Shown: positions 18,474 to 28,877, counted from the first letter of the stretch. The stretch is DNA of 64,000 nucleotides from Candidatus Micrarchaeia archaeon (GCA_038874595.1 JAVZCB010000002.1:32001-96000); one strand, 5' to 3'. Made by a program: numbers and translations. The notes: generated from the sequence alone by a model not told the origin.

Positions 18474-19070
18474 TTACTTGCGGGATTGGAGAAACACCAA
18501 AAAAAACCTCTGCAAAAACGCAAGCACTGAAAGGAGTGCACCCAAGGAAAGGAGATACATCGAATAAATAGGTGCAAAAAGGTATATGGTAAGCGATATG
18601 AATATCAGTGCCACCCGCTCGGCCCTTTCAAAAAAGCAGTGCAGCCTACTTATTTTTTGCTTGCCGAGCGTGCCGCGGTGGTCCGCATACGCTTTTGCAA
18701 ACGAAGTAAGGAACGTGCCGAATGCAATCATTATAAGGATAGAGTAAAGTGCAAGCGCCTGGTTTGGCCAGGTGAGGCTTATCATGGAGGCAAGCACAAA
18801 AAACTCAACTATGCGGTCTGAGATGCCATCAAAATAAGCACCAAACGGCGTTTCCTGCTTTTTTGCGCGCGCAACTATGCCGTCTACCCCATCAAGCATA
18901 AATGCAATGAAAACAAAAATAATGCCATAAGTCACATCCCCTAGAAATATGAGATATGAAGCAACAGCTGCTGAAACTATGGACAAGAAGGTAATCGTGT
19001 TTGGAGAGAATGGGATATATTTTGCAAAATGCTCAAACGCGGTTGTTTTTATTGCCTGCTTAACTCCCAT
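18474..19070 (-). CDS. CDP-alcohol phosphatidyltransferase
   Basis: SPNTIT and DGVDGIVAR...GAYFDGISDR signature. Confidence 0.95.
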   Translation of the reverse strand: MGVKQAIKTTAFEHFAKYIPFSPNTITFLSIVSAAVASYLIFLGDVTYGIIFVFIAFMLDGVDGIVARAKKQETPFGAYFDGISDRIVEFFVLASMISLTWPNQALALYSILIMIAFGTFLTSFAKAYADHRGTLGKQKISRLHCFFERAERVALIFISLTIYLFAPIYSMYLLSLGALLSVLAFLQRFFLVFLQSRK

Positions 19071-19106
19071 ATAGCAGCATTCACCTCAAACAAATAAATA
19101 TCCTTT

Positions 19107-20081
19107 TTATGCTGGTGCATCCTCTATCCTGTATTTGGGGCTTATTACCAATTCATTATCAGGATAGTTGCCATTGTACTTGCCATACAAAAAATGTGCC
19201 GTATATGCTATCATTGCCCCGTTATCCCGGTTGTACTCATTTTGCGGGGCACAAAAAGAAACCCCATTCTCTTCTGACATTGCACGGAGCATCCATTGAA
19301 GGCGCGTATTCTGGGCGACACCACCGCATAAGAGCACCTGCTTTTTCTTTGTTAGCATAAGAGCGCGTTCTGCCGCCTCACACAGCATCGCAAACGCAGT
19401 CTCCTGAAATGAATACGCAATATCCTCGGGGGCATTTGACGTGAGCAGTTGTGTACACCGCGTAAGGAGGCCTGAGAACGCAAAATCCATCCCCTTAACT
19501 GTATAGGGGAGCTCAATATACTTACCAGATTTAGCAATACGCTCAATCTCACCACCGTGCGCACGCTCAAGCCCCATCTCGCGGGCCAGTGTGTCAATCG
19601 CATTGCCAAGACCTATATCCAGCGTCTCACCAAGCACACGGTAGCGGTTGTTTTCTTTTATTAGCAGTTGCGTATTGCCACCGCTTGCATAAACAACCAG
19701 CGGGTCATTGAATTTACATTCGTGCCTGCCCACCTCTATGTGCGCAACACTGTGGTGTACTGGAATTATCGGGATTTTATAATGCGTAGCAATAAGCACC
19801 GCCGCAACACGCGAAACACGCAGGCACGGGGCAAGGCCAGGGCCTTTTGAATACCCAACCAGCCCTAGCTCAGAGAGCCTGATGCCTGCCTTATCTATGG
19901 CGGCATTGAGCACAGTGCTAAAATTTGCAGAGTGCGAATCTGCTGCATCGCTCGGTTTCATACCACCAAACGGCTTGGAATATGTAACACTCTCGTTTGC
20001 AATAATCCTTTTGCCATCGTATATCCCTATGCCGAGAGTATGGGCAGTGCTTTCAATCCCAAGCGATATCATAAAAACCAC
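19107..20081 (-). CDS. kae1: tRNA t6A threonylcarbamoyltransferase Kae1
   Basis: LGIESTAHT, GPGLAPCL, VHHSVAHIE, SGGNTQ, DNGAMIA. Confidence 0.97.
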   Translation of the reverse strand: MVFMISLGIESTAHTLGIGIYDGKRIIANESVTYSKPFGGMKPSDAADSHSANFSTVLNAAIDKAGIRLSELGLVGYSKGPGLAPCLRVSRVAAVLIATHYKIPIIPVHHSVAHIEVGRHECKFNDPLVVYASGGNTQLLIKENNRYRVLGETLDIGLGNAIDTLAREMGLERAHGGEIERIAKSGKYIELPYTVKGMDFAFSGLLTRCTQLLTSNAPEDIAYSFQETAFAMLCEAAERALMLTKKKQVLLCGGVAQNTRLQWMLRAMSEENGVSFCAPQNEYNRDNGAMIAYTAHFLYGKYNGNYPDNELVISPKYRIEDAPA

Positions 20082-20090
20082 TAAATGATG

Positions 20091-20837
20091 CTAGAACTGC
20101 ATATACTTAATCATATAAAGCGAGCCCGCATTTATCATCATATGCGCAAAAATAGGCGATTTCAAGTCCCCTGAAATCTTAAAGAGGAGGTAGAGAAATA
20201 TGCCTAGACCGAACGCCCCAACTATTTCATATACCGAGCCATATGAAAGATGTGCAAATGCAAAAATGATGTTTGCGGGGATTGGCCCTACATACCTTGT
20301 TAGAAACGAGCGGAAAAACACCTCCTCAGCAAGCGGTCCCACTGTAACTGCGTAAAGCAGTATATACGGCGGAAGCGCTGTTATTTTCTGGTCAACCTTA
20401 TGCGCATCATCAAAGCCAAGGTAATATGCGACCTGTGAGAGCAGGAATACCAGAACCAATGCCGGGAGCATTGATACCACTGCGAACAGGAAGGCGCGCA
20501 CAATCCCCCCTTTAAACCCGAGCTTTGAGAGTGTTTCAGCAAGCGTGGCACCGGTGCGCATATCCACACATATTGGCGTAAGCAGCATAATCAAAGAGAG
20601 CAATATAGGTGTGAAATAAATCACTTCATGCATACCAATCGCAAGGAGCGCTGTGAAAAGAATCATAAGAAAGGCATCTGCTTCCCTGCGCAATAACAGG
20701 ATTATTGGCAGCACCAATGCCGATGCTATATAGTATGAGCTTACGTTAGTGAAAAAAGAGATGGCTGCTGACACCAGCACAACACATGCTGCTGCGAGCA
20801 GTGCAAGCAGGGATTCTCTAACCTTGCTTTTTCTCAT
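20091..20837 (-). CDS. CPBP (CAAX/Abi) family intramembrane metalloprotease
   Basis: [14 protein letters not shown] and AHMMIN motifs; start moved to MRKSKV. Confidence 0.9.
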   Translation of the reverse strand: MRKSKVRESLLALLAAACVVLVSAAISFFTNVSSYYIASALVLPIILLLRREADAFLMILFTALLAIGMHEVIYFTPILLSLIMLLTPICVDMRTGATLAETLSKLGFKGGIVRAFLFAVVSMLPALVLVFLLSQVAYYLGFDDAHKVDQKITALPPYILLYAVTVGPLAEEVFFRSFLTRYVGPIPANIIFAFAHLSYGSVYEIVGAFGLGIFLYLLFKISGDLKSPIFAHMMINAGSLYMIKYMQF

Positions 20838-20961
20838 AGTAACCGCATTTACCGCAGGAGAACCTGTCTTTATGTTCTGCAAGCCGTGTTCCTGCGCCAC
20901 ACCGCGGGCAATCGCGACCCTTCTTGTATATACGTGGCTTCTCCTTCTTTTTATCGGCCAT
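20818..20961 (-). CDS. rps27ae: 30S ribosomal protein S27ae (eS31)
   Basis: Not in the ORF track. Manual translation gives [47 protein letters not shown]; it follows eS24 as usual. Confidence 0.95.
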   Translation of the reverse strand: MADKKKEKPRIYKKGRDCPRCGAGTRLAEHKDRFSCGKCGYYEKKQG

Positions 20962-20976
20962 TTTTACACCTCAAAC

Positions 20977-21294
20977 TTATGCTGCTGGCTTTTCCTTCTG
21001 GGTTTCGGTTGTTTTTCCCAGAGACTTAGCTGCCCGTGCAAGCAGGTGCTTAGGCTCAATGCGCATATCCTGCTCAGATTTATAAATACGTGCCTTGCCA
21101 TAGCACATCTTCTTGCCGAACGGCTGTCTTATATACTCAACCACTATCAGATTTTCATCTGCTTTAAGCGCGCTTGCAAGTTCCTTTATTACTGATGCCC
21201 TGGACGGTGTCTCTGCATCATGCCTAATCTCAAACGCAACTTCCATCCTGTTGAAAAAGGGGTTTGTGCTTTTACTCGTAATATCCATCTTCAT
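20977..21294 (-). CDS. rps24e: 30S ribosomal protein S24e
   Basis: NPFFNR.E, TPSR, FG...G.ARIY; GAGGTG RBS upstream. Confidence 0.95.
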   Translation of the reverse strand: MKMDITSKSTNPFFNRMEVAFEIRHDAETPSRASVIKELASALKADENLIVVEYIRQPFGKKMCYGKARIYKSEQDMRIEPKHLLARAAKSLGKTTETQKEKPAA

Positions 21295-21318
21295 AACAAC
21301 ACCTCGGAACATGATGCG

Positions 21319-21714
21319 CTACTCTTTACCTACCCTAACCACCATTTTCTTGCCCATTGTCTCAATATATTCAATCTCCTTGCCGGCAACCGCCTCCTCT
21401 GCCATATCACTTGGGATTGCAATGTCAAAATTCTCAAATGTGGTAAGGTCCATAACGACCATACTGTCGCCGCTCACTGAAATTATCTGGCCACGCTTCC
21501 TCTCAATTATAGGTGCCTCAACATCATCACCGGAATGCGTGAACAGCATACGTTTCTGCCCATCAAAGATACCTATCCCTGTTATCTGAACCTTTGCCGC
21601 GCCGTGCTTCCCTGGTTTGGAGGAGCTTATATCCACCACCCTGCACGGGAAACCATCTATCATTACGAATTTTCCGGGCTTTATATCCCTTGTATTAACA
21701 AACGTTGTGCTCAT
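21319..21714 (-). CDS. eif5a: Translation factor aIF5A
   Basis: Hypusine loop SKPGKHGAAK. Confidence 0.97.
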   Translation of the reverse strand: MSTTFVNTRDIKPGKFVMIDGFPCRVVDISSSKPGKHGAAKVQITGIGIFDGQKRMLFTHSGDDVEAPIIERKRGQIISVSGDSMVVMDLTTFENFDIAIPSDMAEEAVAGKEIEYIETMGKKMVVRVGKE

Positions 21715-21814
21715 AAGCTGATTTGAGCCTAATAAAATATATAAATGGTAAATAACTATTGATTGCTAATAAAATGCCTAATGCTGCACATAAATGGCGA
21801 AAGGAAGTGCAACT

Positions 21815-22537
21815 ATGATAGATGCGCATTGCCACCTCGTGGATATAAAAAATGTGGATTTTACCCAATTCTCCGAAATGGAGGCAATAGTTAATTCGGG
21901 GTATGATGTGTGCTCAAGCAGCAAAGCTGTTTATATGAAGCTGAACCGTGCTGCAGGTGATGTGCATTTGTATGCAAATGTGGGGATAGGCCCGCAAAAA
22001 TGCATGGGTCCTGACGCAATGCAGGGAGTTAGAGAGATTGAGGGGATTATAAGAGGGAATGAGAAAGTTATTGATGCGATAGGAGAGGTTGGGCTTGATT
22101 ACCATTGGGGGGATACTGAAGATAAGCGGAGGATGCAAAAGCAAGCATTTGTTGCAATGATTGCACTGGCAAAAGAACTGCAAAAGCCAATTGTGATACA
22201 CTCACGGCAGGCCACTGCGGAATGCATTCGCATTCTTGACGAAGCTAAATTTGAATATGGTGTCATGTTCCACTTTTTCTCTGGCAATCTGGAAGAAGCA
22301 AAAGATATTTCTGATAGGGGCTGGCTTGTATCCTTGCCTCCATTAAGAGGTGGGAGAATAAGCATTGCGCGTGCACTGGACCTTGAGAGTATTGCTGCTG
22401 AAACCGATGCACCTTATGTTGGGAAAACACCCTTGGATGTAAAGGAATCCATACGCATTATTGCAGAGGCCAAGGGCGCAGAGTTTCATGAGGTCGAGAA
22501 ATGCACAAGCGCAAACGTGAGAAGACTGTTCAAATAG
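21815..22537 (+). CDS. tatD: TatD family nuclease
   Basis: MIDAHCH, AIGEVGLDY, IVIHSR, HFFSG, ETDAPY. Confidence 0.95.
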   Translation: MIDAHCHLVDIKNVDFTQFSEMEAIVNSGYDVCSSSKAVYMKLNRAAGDVHLYANVGIGPQKCMGPDAMQGVREIEGIIRGNEKVIDAIGEVGLDYHWGDTEDKRRMQKQAFVAMIALAKELQKPIVIHSRQATAECIRILDEAKFEYGVMFHFFSGNLEEAKDISDRGWLVSLPPLRGGRISIARALDLESIAAETDAPYVGKTPLDVKESIRIIAEAKGAEFHEVEKCTSANVRRLFK

Positions 22538-22734
22538 CAGTATTGTGCCAGTGAATTAACTAATATGACTAAAAACAAAAAAGCAAAAGATGCATAGCAA
22601 AATTACAGCTTATCTAAAATGCACAAGCGCAAACGTGAGAAGACTGTTCAAATAGCAGTATTGTGCCAGTGAATTAACTAATATGACTAAAAACAAAAAA
22701 GCAAAAGATGCATAGCAAAATTACAGCTTATCTA
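22499..22734. repeat. Perfect 118-bp tandem duplication
   Basis: 22499-22616 equals 22617-22734 and covers the 3' ends of both convergent genes plus the intergenic region. Confidence 0.95.
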
Positions 22735-25700
22735 TTATGTCCCTTACCCTATCTGCAGCCTTTTTCATCGTGAGCAGGACAAAACCAAGGTCCTCATCAG
22801 GCCTTATTATTGCAAGAATAAGCGACTGCTCGCCTGCACGCACTATAACCTGCCTGCCAAGCGTTGCGTTGAAAGCAACATAGTTTACATCACCCTTGTT
22901 AAGTGCCTTTGATGCTGCCTCTGCCTTCTGCATCGCCCTGGCGCTCATAGCAGCCACGGATTCGGGGTTGCTGCCTTTAGGCAGGTTTGAGCTTATCACC
23001 AGCCCATCTTTCCTTAATATAATCCCACCGAGTATGCGCTGCGTATCAATCATCTCTTTCATTATGTTATCTAGGTCAGATTTTGTAACGCTCTTTATTG
23101 CCTTCAACTTCACAATCGTATTGCCTTCAAGCGCGACGGGCAGGTCGGTCTCTGAAATAAACCTTTCAACAACCCACGGCCTCCACTCTGGCGGTATCGT
23201 GCTCAGCATCGCTGGGTCGACACGCTCTTGCTTACGCAGCAGGCCTTCAATTGAAGATTTCCATCCCGGCCATGCAGAAAGCACTTCGCTCTTCTTGCGA
23301 AGCGTGAATAGTATTGAGTCAACCTTTGTGTTAAGTGAGATTATCTCGTTCTTTATCTGCTCTATCTCATCCAACCCAAACTTCTCAATCCTATCGCGCA
23401 AAGGACCGGTGCTTGTTGCATAGAGTCTTTCCATCTCATCAAAAGGAATGAGATTGTTCTTCTTGCACACCTCAACAAGAGTGCCTGCCTCATGCAATTT
23501 TGCATCAATCGCATCAAGCTGCTCTGAAAACTGCTGTACTGCCGAGACCTTCTTGCCGAGCTCAGCTGCCATATCCGAGAGAATACTGACCGTTGTAGCC
23601 AGCTCCTTCTCATCAACTTCATTCCTTTCTATCGCGTTTATTAATGAGTCAACATTTAACCCACCCAGCCTCTTTGAATATTCCTCAACCCGCATGCCAT
23701 ACCCTTTGCCGCGTGTGATCAGCGTAGATACCTCCGTGAAAAGCTCATTGACACGCTCAAAAGCACTAACGGAAACCATAAACCTTGCTATTGTGTTCTT
23801 AATGTCCGATTCAATCTGGCCATAACTGTCTGCAAGCTCCTTACTCCTGATAACTGCTTCTTCGATAGGCATCTGCTCCAATGATGCTATTGCCTCCCTT
23901 CCACCAAACGCTGCAAGCCTCTTCTCATAAATTGAAACATCAATCCCGTTTTCTTTGGCCTGTGTAATCAATGAGGGGATTGTATCCAAATGCTTAATTA
24001 TCCTGGCAATATGTTGTTTCATTTCATCTTCTTCTGCAATTATCTTGCCAAGCACTTCACGGAGGTATTTCATTTTTTCATTAATGGTTGCAACCAGCTC
24101 TGAGGCCTTATCAAACTGCTTTGCAGCAACGTTCTCACGCATATGTGAAAGCAGTGTTTCAACAGAAGCAACAAGGCGGTCTGCACGCGCAACCTTCTTT
24201 CCCCTGAGTTCTATTGCAAGCGCTTCAAGCTCGTGCCTCAGCTCACTTTCCCTGGATGCAAACCCCTCTTCTAGAGGCACACCACAGCTTTCGCACCTGT
24301 CTGATGCAAGCGAAGTTGTGCGGTTACATACAGGGCATGGGAATTTTGTAAGCTTGAGACGCTCAACCTCTGATAGCTTACCCTCTATCGAGCTGCGCTC
24401 CCTGCGTATCGCTTCCTGTATTGAGTCCAGGTACGTTTTCGCTGCGACAAACCCCTGCCCGGAATATATTATAGAATATCTGTTAGCCTCAACACGCCAA
24501 TCTTTCTTTTCAAGCTTAATACCATACCCTGTAAGTTTCCTGTAAAGTGGTTCCAGCTGGTCTATCTCATCCTCAATATCACTGCGCGCCTTCTCAAGCA
24601 CCTTCTCCTGGTCCATGCTCACTGAGAGCAGCTCATGCAGTGCAGAGTACTCCTTGCGAAGCTCTTTTTCAAGCAGCAGTTCCGCCTCTTCAAGCTCACC
24701 GCGCGACATTCTGGTCTCGGCTTCAGAAAGCTTTGAAAAGAACCTATCTATACGTGATATATCAAAGGAAATACCTGCAACTGCCGCGCTTTCCTTGAGT
24801 GACATTATATCCTTGCGCATTTTCAGGAGCTCATCCCTCATCTCTTTCTCAACAAGAACCTTGCGCAGGCCGTGCTCAACAGGCGCGCGCATATACCTCT
24901 CACCAAGGAAACGGGCTTTCAGCAGGTCTTCCAAAACGAACCCTATCAGGACAAGGCCAATAACTGTTATTGACACACCAAGCAGCAGGCCTATGCTTGT
25001 GGTCATTGCAAGTATTACATCATCAGTTTGTGGCTCTCCTGTGGAGGCTATTAGGTATCCACCTATTATAAGTGCAATCACTGCTGCAATTGTAAATTCT
25101 TTCCTGCCACGGCCGCCAAAACCGGCAACCCTATATATTGCTTCTGATATAGGCTCGTGCCTGGCTGCACTTACAAAAAGACTGTATACTAAGTAAAGAA
25201 GCGTATACAAAATATAGATTATAAGAAGGATAGCAAACAAGACAAGTGCCAACCCAAAGCCAAATCCAACATATGCGCGGATGGCTGCAAGTGCAGAGTT
25301 GAATAGCGCTCTCCCTTCAACGTAAATACCTATATTTTCAAGTGCAAGCACACGTATAGTCCCTGAAGGGTAAGTTATTTTCTGCATCTCAAGGTCCCAA
25401 TTTGCCGGAGGCGCCTGCACTTTATACCCAAAATCCACCCGTGTATCTGATGGTTTCTTAAAACTAATGCGATATCTTGCAGTAAGCGGTACCGAATCAG
25501 AAACATAGACAGGAGGCACAGTAAGAAAAGTTATGTCGGATTTGCGCACTGCAAATGATTCTGGGATTATTTCATCTGCATCAATGATGGCGTTCTCATC
25601 ATAAATGTAAGATGTCCTTGATGTTATCTCATACCTGGAATATGCAGAATAATACTGTGCCCTTGTTGCACCTGCATCTTCCACGTATATGACCTGCAAC

Positions 25701-26377
25701 TGCCTGAGCTGCTCGCGCGCAATTATAAGCTCATTCTGCGAGCATATCCCTAAATCGAATGCCTTATCCCAAATCAGCTTGTTTATTGCCTTTTCAAGCT
25801 CATCACGCTGCAGCAGGATATTATCAACCTCGGCTTGAGCGAGCTGGCTTTTTGATGCTATGATTGCGCGGAGATCCGCTGCCTTCCTCTTAACATTTGA
25901 AAAATCAACTGATGTCTGGTAAAGCGTGCCATTTAGGGCGGGATACTTGTTCAGGCCGTTATTGCAGCGCACGTTTGAAGTGCACAGGTTTTGGCATTCT
26001 GATTCACTGCTGCATACCGTAATAACATCATCCAATGCATAGTTACAGTTCAGGTTTATTGTTGCGAGCCTTGTTAATAAATCGTAATATGTATTAGCTG
26101 CCTGCTCATCCCTCTTGTAAACGGGTTGCAGGCTGAAATCCGGGTTTTTCTGTATCCCTATTATGATTATTTCCCGTGCCATCTGGAGCTTGCCGTCCGC
26201 CTGTGTTACAAACGTATACTTCCACACGTTAGGTATACCATCCCCATCCGTATCTGACTGCTGTGTTTTCTCAAGCACAGCTTTCTTTTGCGCAAGCGGA
26301 GTGGCACTCTCCAAACAACCCATACTCATAATAAATAGTGCAATAAAAAAGAGCAGTAGAGCCCCACGATAATTCAT
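22721..26377 (-). CDS. Large membrane protein: extracellular domain, TM helices, coiled coil, zinc ribbon, C-terminal Roadblock/LC7 domain
   Basis: Lipobox-like MGC and DTDGDGIP; about 3 TM segments; CPVC...CESC; C-terminal GGIILRKDGLVISS...AAMSA...DLGFVLL. Confidence 0.88.
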   Translation of the reverse strand: MNYRGALLLFFIALFIMSMGCLESATPLAQKKAVLEKTQQSDTDGDGIPNVWKYTFVTQADGKLQMAREIIIIGIQKNPDFSLQPVYKRDEQAANTYYDLLTRLATINLNCNYALDDVITVCSSESECQNLCTSNVRCNNGLNKYPALNGTLYQTSVDFSNVKRKAADLRAIIASKSQLAQAEVDNILLQRDELEKAINKLIWDKAFDLGICSQNELIIAREQLRQLQVIYVEDAGATRAQYYSAYSRYEITSRTSYIYDENAIIDADEIIPESFAVRKSDITFLTVPPVYVSDSVPLTARYRISFKKPSDTRVDFGYKVQAPPANWDLEMQKITYPSGTIRVLALENIGIYVEGRALFNSALAAIRAYVGFGFGLALVLFAILLIIYILYTLLYLVYSLFVSAARHEPISEAIYRVAGFGGRGRKEFTIAAVIALIIGGYLIASTGEPQTDDVILAMTTSIGLLLGVSITVIGLVLIGFVLEDLLKARFLGERYMRAPVEHGLRKVLVEKEMRDELLKMRKDIMSLKESAAVAGISFDISRIDRFFSKLSEAETRMSRGELEEAELLLEKELRKEYSALHELLSVSMDQEKVLEKARSDIEDEIDQLEPLYRKLTGYGIKLEKKDWRVEANRYSIIYSGQGFVAAKTYLDSIQEAIRRERSSIEGKLSEVERLKLTKFPCPVCNRTTSLASDRCESCGVPLEEGFASRESELRHELEALAIELRGKKVARADRLVASVETLLSHMRENVAAKQFDKASELVATINEKMKYLREVLGKIIAEEDEMKQHIARIIKHLDTIPSLITQAKENGIDVSIYEKRLAAFGGREAIASLEQMPIEEAVIRSKELADSYGQIESDIKNTIARFMVSVSAFERVNELFTEVSTLITRGKGYGMRVEEYSKRLGGLNVDSLINAIERNEVDEKELATTVSILSDMAAELGKKVSAVQQFSEQLDAIDAKLHEAGTLVEVCKKNNLIPFDEMERLYATSTGPLRDRIEKFGLDEIEQIKNEIISLNTKVDSILFTLRKKSEVLSAWPGWKSSIEGLLRKQERVDPAMLSTIPPEWRPWVVERFISETDLPVALEGNTIVKLKAIKSVTKSDLDNIMKEMIDTQRILGGIILRKDGLVISSNLPKGSNPESVAAMSARAMQKAEAASKALNKGDVNYVAFNATLGRQVIVRAGEQSLILAIIRPDEDLGFVLLTMKKAADRVRDIIDKL

Positions 26378-26427
26378 AATGATACATCTCTGAGAATGTT
26401 TAAATACATTCCAATGTTTAAAGTAAA

Positions 26428-26692
26428 CTGGATAGGCCGGGGGGCCAGGGGTCCCTTGTTACCGCAAATCCCCTTCAGGCGGGGCCGAAAAGCCGGGAGA
26501 GGCTTCAGGATGGTGAGCGGGTCCGTACGTCCCGCGTCGATCTCCTGCCTTACGCGGCGGCTCGCTGTGCGAACCGGGTTAGGCCGGAAGGAGCAGCCCT
26601 AAACACTGCGTGCCGTGCCGTAAGTCAACAGGAGGGAGTTGGCGTGCGGGGTGCCTTAACATTATCTTGCTGTCCATCCCGGTGAATCCGCT
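26428..26692 (+). ncRNA. ffs: Signal recognition particle RNA (7S)
   Basis: Alu-domain start taggccgggggg...gtccc.tgt.acc..aaatc...gcggggccgaaaa; helix 8 gggttaggccggaaggagcagccc; TATA tttaaata about 30 nt upstream. Confidence 0.95.
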
Positions 26693-26756
26693 TATGTTAG
26701 AAAACGGGTGAGAAGGAACAACCTTCTTCTCCAAAGAGCCATTGCCATCTGAAGGC

Positions 26757-26869
26757 ATGAGATTAGAAGGAGAGAGGGGGCGAAGCCCACTTCCTCTCAA
26801 AAAACACTCTGCCCCTTTCGGGGGGTATGAGATTAGAAGGAGAGAGGGGGGCGAAGCCCACTTCCTCTC
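26757..26869 (+). repeat. Direct repeat with GCGAAGC hairpin upstream of tRNA-Ser
   Basis: atgagattagaaggagagaggggg(g)cgaagcccacttcctctc at 26757 and 26827. Confidence 0.9.
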
Positions 26870-26873
26870 CTCT

Positions 26874-26957
26874 GCTGGGGTCGCCTAGTCCGGTAGGGCG
26901 CTGGATTGCTAATCCAGTGGCCGAAAGGCCGCGGGAGTTCAAATCTCCCCCCTAGCG
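26874..26957 (+). tRNA. tRNA-Ser(GCT)
   Basis: GCTGGGG...CTGGA TTGCTAA TCCAG, long variable arm ggccgaaaggcc, GGGAGTTCAAATCTCCC, CCCTAGCG. Confidence 0.97.
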
Positions 26958-27031
26958 TCCTATTTTATAAGTAAACCCGCAATTGAAACTTTTAAAAAGG
27001 GTGCATGTGCTAATAATAGAAGGTGTTGTGT

Positions 27032-27415
27032 ATGATGAAGCAAATCACTGTTGTTGTGCAGAATAGGGTAGGGGCACTTGCAGACGTGACAGAGGTATTG
27101 AGCAGGAGCGGCATTAACATAATCTCAATTTCCGCGCAGGGGTTTGAGAACAACGGTGTTATCAGGGTGCTGACAACTGATATGAACACTGCACTGCACG
27201 ATTTGAGCAAGGCGGGGTTCAATGCAATCGTTAATGATATTATTGTGTTGAAGTTGCCTGACAGGCCGGGTGAGCTTTACAAGGTAACAAAGAAGCTCTC
27301 AAAGGAAGGGCTGAACTTAAGGGCGGTTTACATAATCGGCAAGGAAAATGACAGGACGGTTGTAGCGATTGACCCTGAGGATTACCAGAAGGCTGTCAAG
27401 GCACTCGAAAAATAG
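27032..27415 (+). CDS. ACT domain-containing protein
   Basis: Tandem ACT motifs NRVGALADVT...INI and DRPGELYKV. Confidence 0.9.
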   Translation: MMKQITVVVQNRVGALADVTEVLSRSGINIISISAQGFENNGVIRVLTTDMNTALHDLSKAGFNAIVNDIIVLKLPDRPGELYKVTKKLSKEGLNLRAVYIIGKENDRTVVAIDPEDYQKAVKALEK

Positions 27416-27437
27416 CATTTCCCTTTCTTTTTCTTAT

Positions 27438-27815
27438 TTATGGGAGTCGTGTTATTATTATTGCGCCGTCCCGGTTTTCTATCCTGAACTCCCCAGCCAC
27501 ATTCTCGCTTACTTGGGACGTGTATTGCTCTGGCACTACACAAACATATGATTCAGCAATATATACCTCACGCGAAGTGCCATTGAACGCAACTGGCAAT
27601 TGCGAATAAAAAGTCCTCACAGCACCGTTACCACTTATTTTTGCAGAAAGGATTTTCTGTGAGATTTCTTCGCATGTGCGCTCCATTACAAGCCGCGATG
27701 CATACACTACTGACTGCTGCCCCTGTGTATGTGCAACCGCAAGCAAAGCCGTAAACACAACTGCAAGCGCACTTAATGCAATTAAAAAATCAAACACTAT
27801 CTGGCCGCGCTGCAT
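27438..27815 (-). CDS. Class III signal peptide (type IV pilin-like) protein
   Basis: RG|QIVFDFLIALSALAVVF prepilin motif. Confidence 0.8.
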   Translation of the reverse strand: MQRGQIVFDFLIALSALAVVFTALLAVAHTQGQQSVVYASRLVMERTCEEISQKILSAKISGNGAVRTFYSQLPVAFNGTSREVYIAESYVCVVPEQYTSQVSENVAGEFRIENRDGAIIITRLP

Positions 27816-27816
27816 C

Positions 27817-28491
27817 TCAGGACACCTCAACTGTAATTGTCTCGCGCTCGCCGCTTGGGCTCCTTAATATAACTTTTCCTGATGAGGTTGCTGTTATTGT
27901 GAGCTGTGCCTCACTCCCTGCAGCAATTTTTTGTGACTGCCAGCTTAGTGTGATGCCTGTACTTGGTGATGCTGTTATTGTTGTTTCCTTCTGGCCCGGG
28001 TTTTTTACAGTTATCGATACCTCTTCTCCAGGATTGGTATATACGAGCACTCTTGAAACAGCAAGTGATGGGCTATCAGTAATAAACACATATCCGGAAT
28101 GTGATACTACATACACCTCATAATCCCCGGGTACAAAAGATAGGTTGCCGCTTACCGGAACATCAAAAAGCTGCGGGATATCTCTGGCACCGTACTTCTG
28201 CTCTGTCCTTATGTTAATTATGTTATTAGAGATGTATGATTCCTCTGGAACTACCGTTGTTGGGATATGAATCACTGATTTCTGCACCGAGCCGGGACCT
28301 CCCTCATATGCCTGCCTGGCAAGCTGTGCCAGCTCACGCAGGCTGCGCTCTGTTAACTTTGAATCCAGCGTAGCCTGCATATCCTCAAACGAGGAGCGAG
28401 AGGCTGCAACCAGTACACCTAACACGAGCAAGGCAACTGCAAGTATTGAGATAAGCTCTATCGATGCCTGGCCTTTATGCGAATAAGCCAT
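27817..28491 (-). CDS. Class III signal peptide (type IV pilin-like) protein
   Basis: KG|QASIELISILAVALLVL with Glu at +5. Confidence 0.85.
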   Translation of the reverse strand: MAYSHKGQASIELISILAVALLVLGVLVAASRSSFEDMQATLDSKLTERSLRELAQLARQAYEGGPGSVQKSVIHIPTTVVPEESYISNNIINIRTEQKYGARDIPQLFDVPVSGNLSFVPGDYEVYVVSHSGYVFITDSPSLAVSRVLVYTNPGEEVSITVKNPGQKETTITASPSTGITLSWQSQKIAAGSEAQLTITATSSGKVILRSPSGERETITVEVS

Positions 28492-28601
28492 ATGCAATGA
28501 AATATGCACAGAGTAATATATACCTATTTCTTGGTGGGTTTGGCTGTTATCCAGGAAATTAACAAAAGGTTTTTAAACATATAAGTATATACTTATATGT
28601 T

Positions 28602-28877
28602 ATGGGCAGGATGGCTGAGGCATTTAAGGCGATGGGTGACGAAACTAGATTAAGGATACTAAAACAGCTCTTAAAGGAAAGATTGTGTGTTAATGACATC
28701 TGCAAAAGGATTGGCACCACACAGCCAAACATATCACAGCACATCTCTGTGCTGAAAAGGGCTGGCCTGATAGAAGTTTCAAGGCGTGGTAAGAAGTGTT
28801 GCTGCAGAGCCAAAAAGCCAAAAACTGTGCTTAAAGCCATTATGCTGCTTGAGAAGGTGATAAGACATGAGAGTTGA
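28602..28877 (+). CDS. ArsR/SmtB transcriptional regulator
   Basis: FKAMGDETRLRIL...TQPNISQHISVLKRAGLI. Confidence 0.95.
   Translation: MGRMAEAFKAMGDETRLRILKQLLKERLCVNDICKRIGTTQPNISQHISVLKRAGLIEVSRRGKKCCCRAKKPKTVLKAIMLLEKVIRHES

Noticed and set aside
27438-28491. Pilin pair as part of the 45-64 kb appendage system
   Set aside because: These are ordinary class III signal-peptide proteins 16 kb away and share none of the A, B or C motifs
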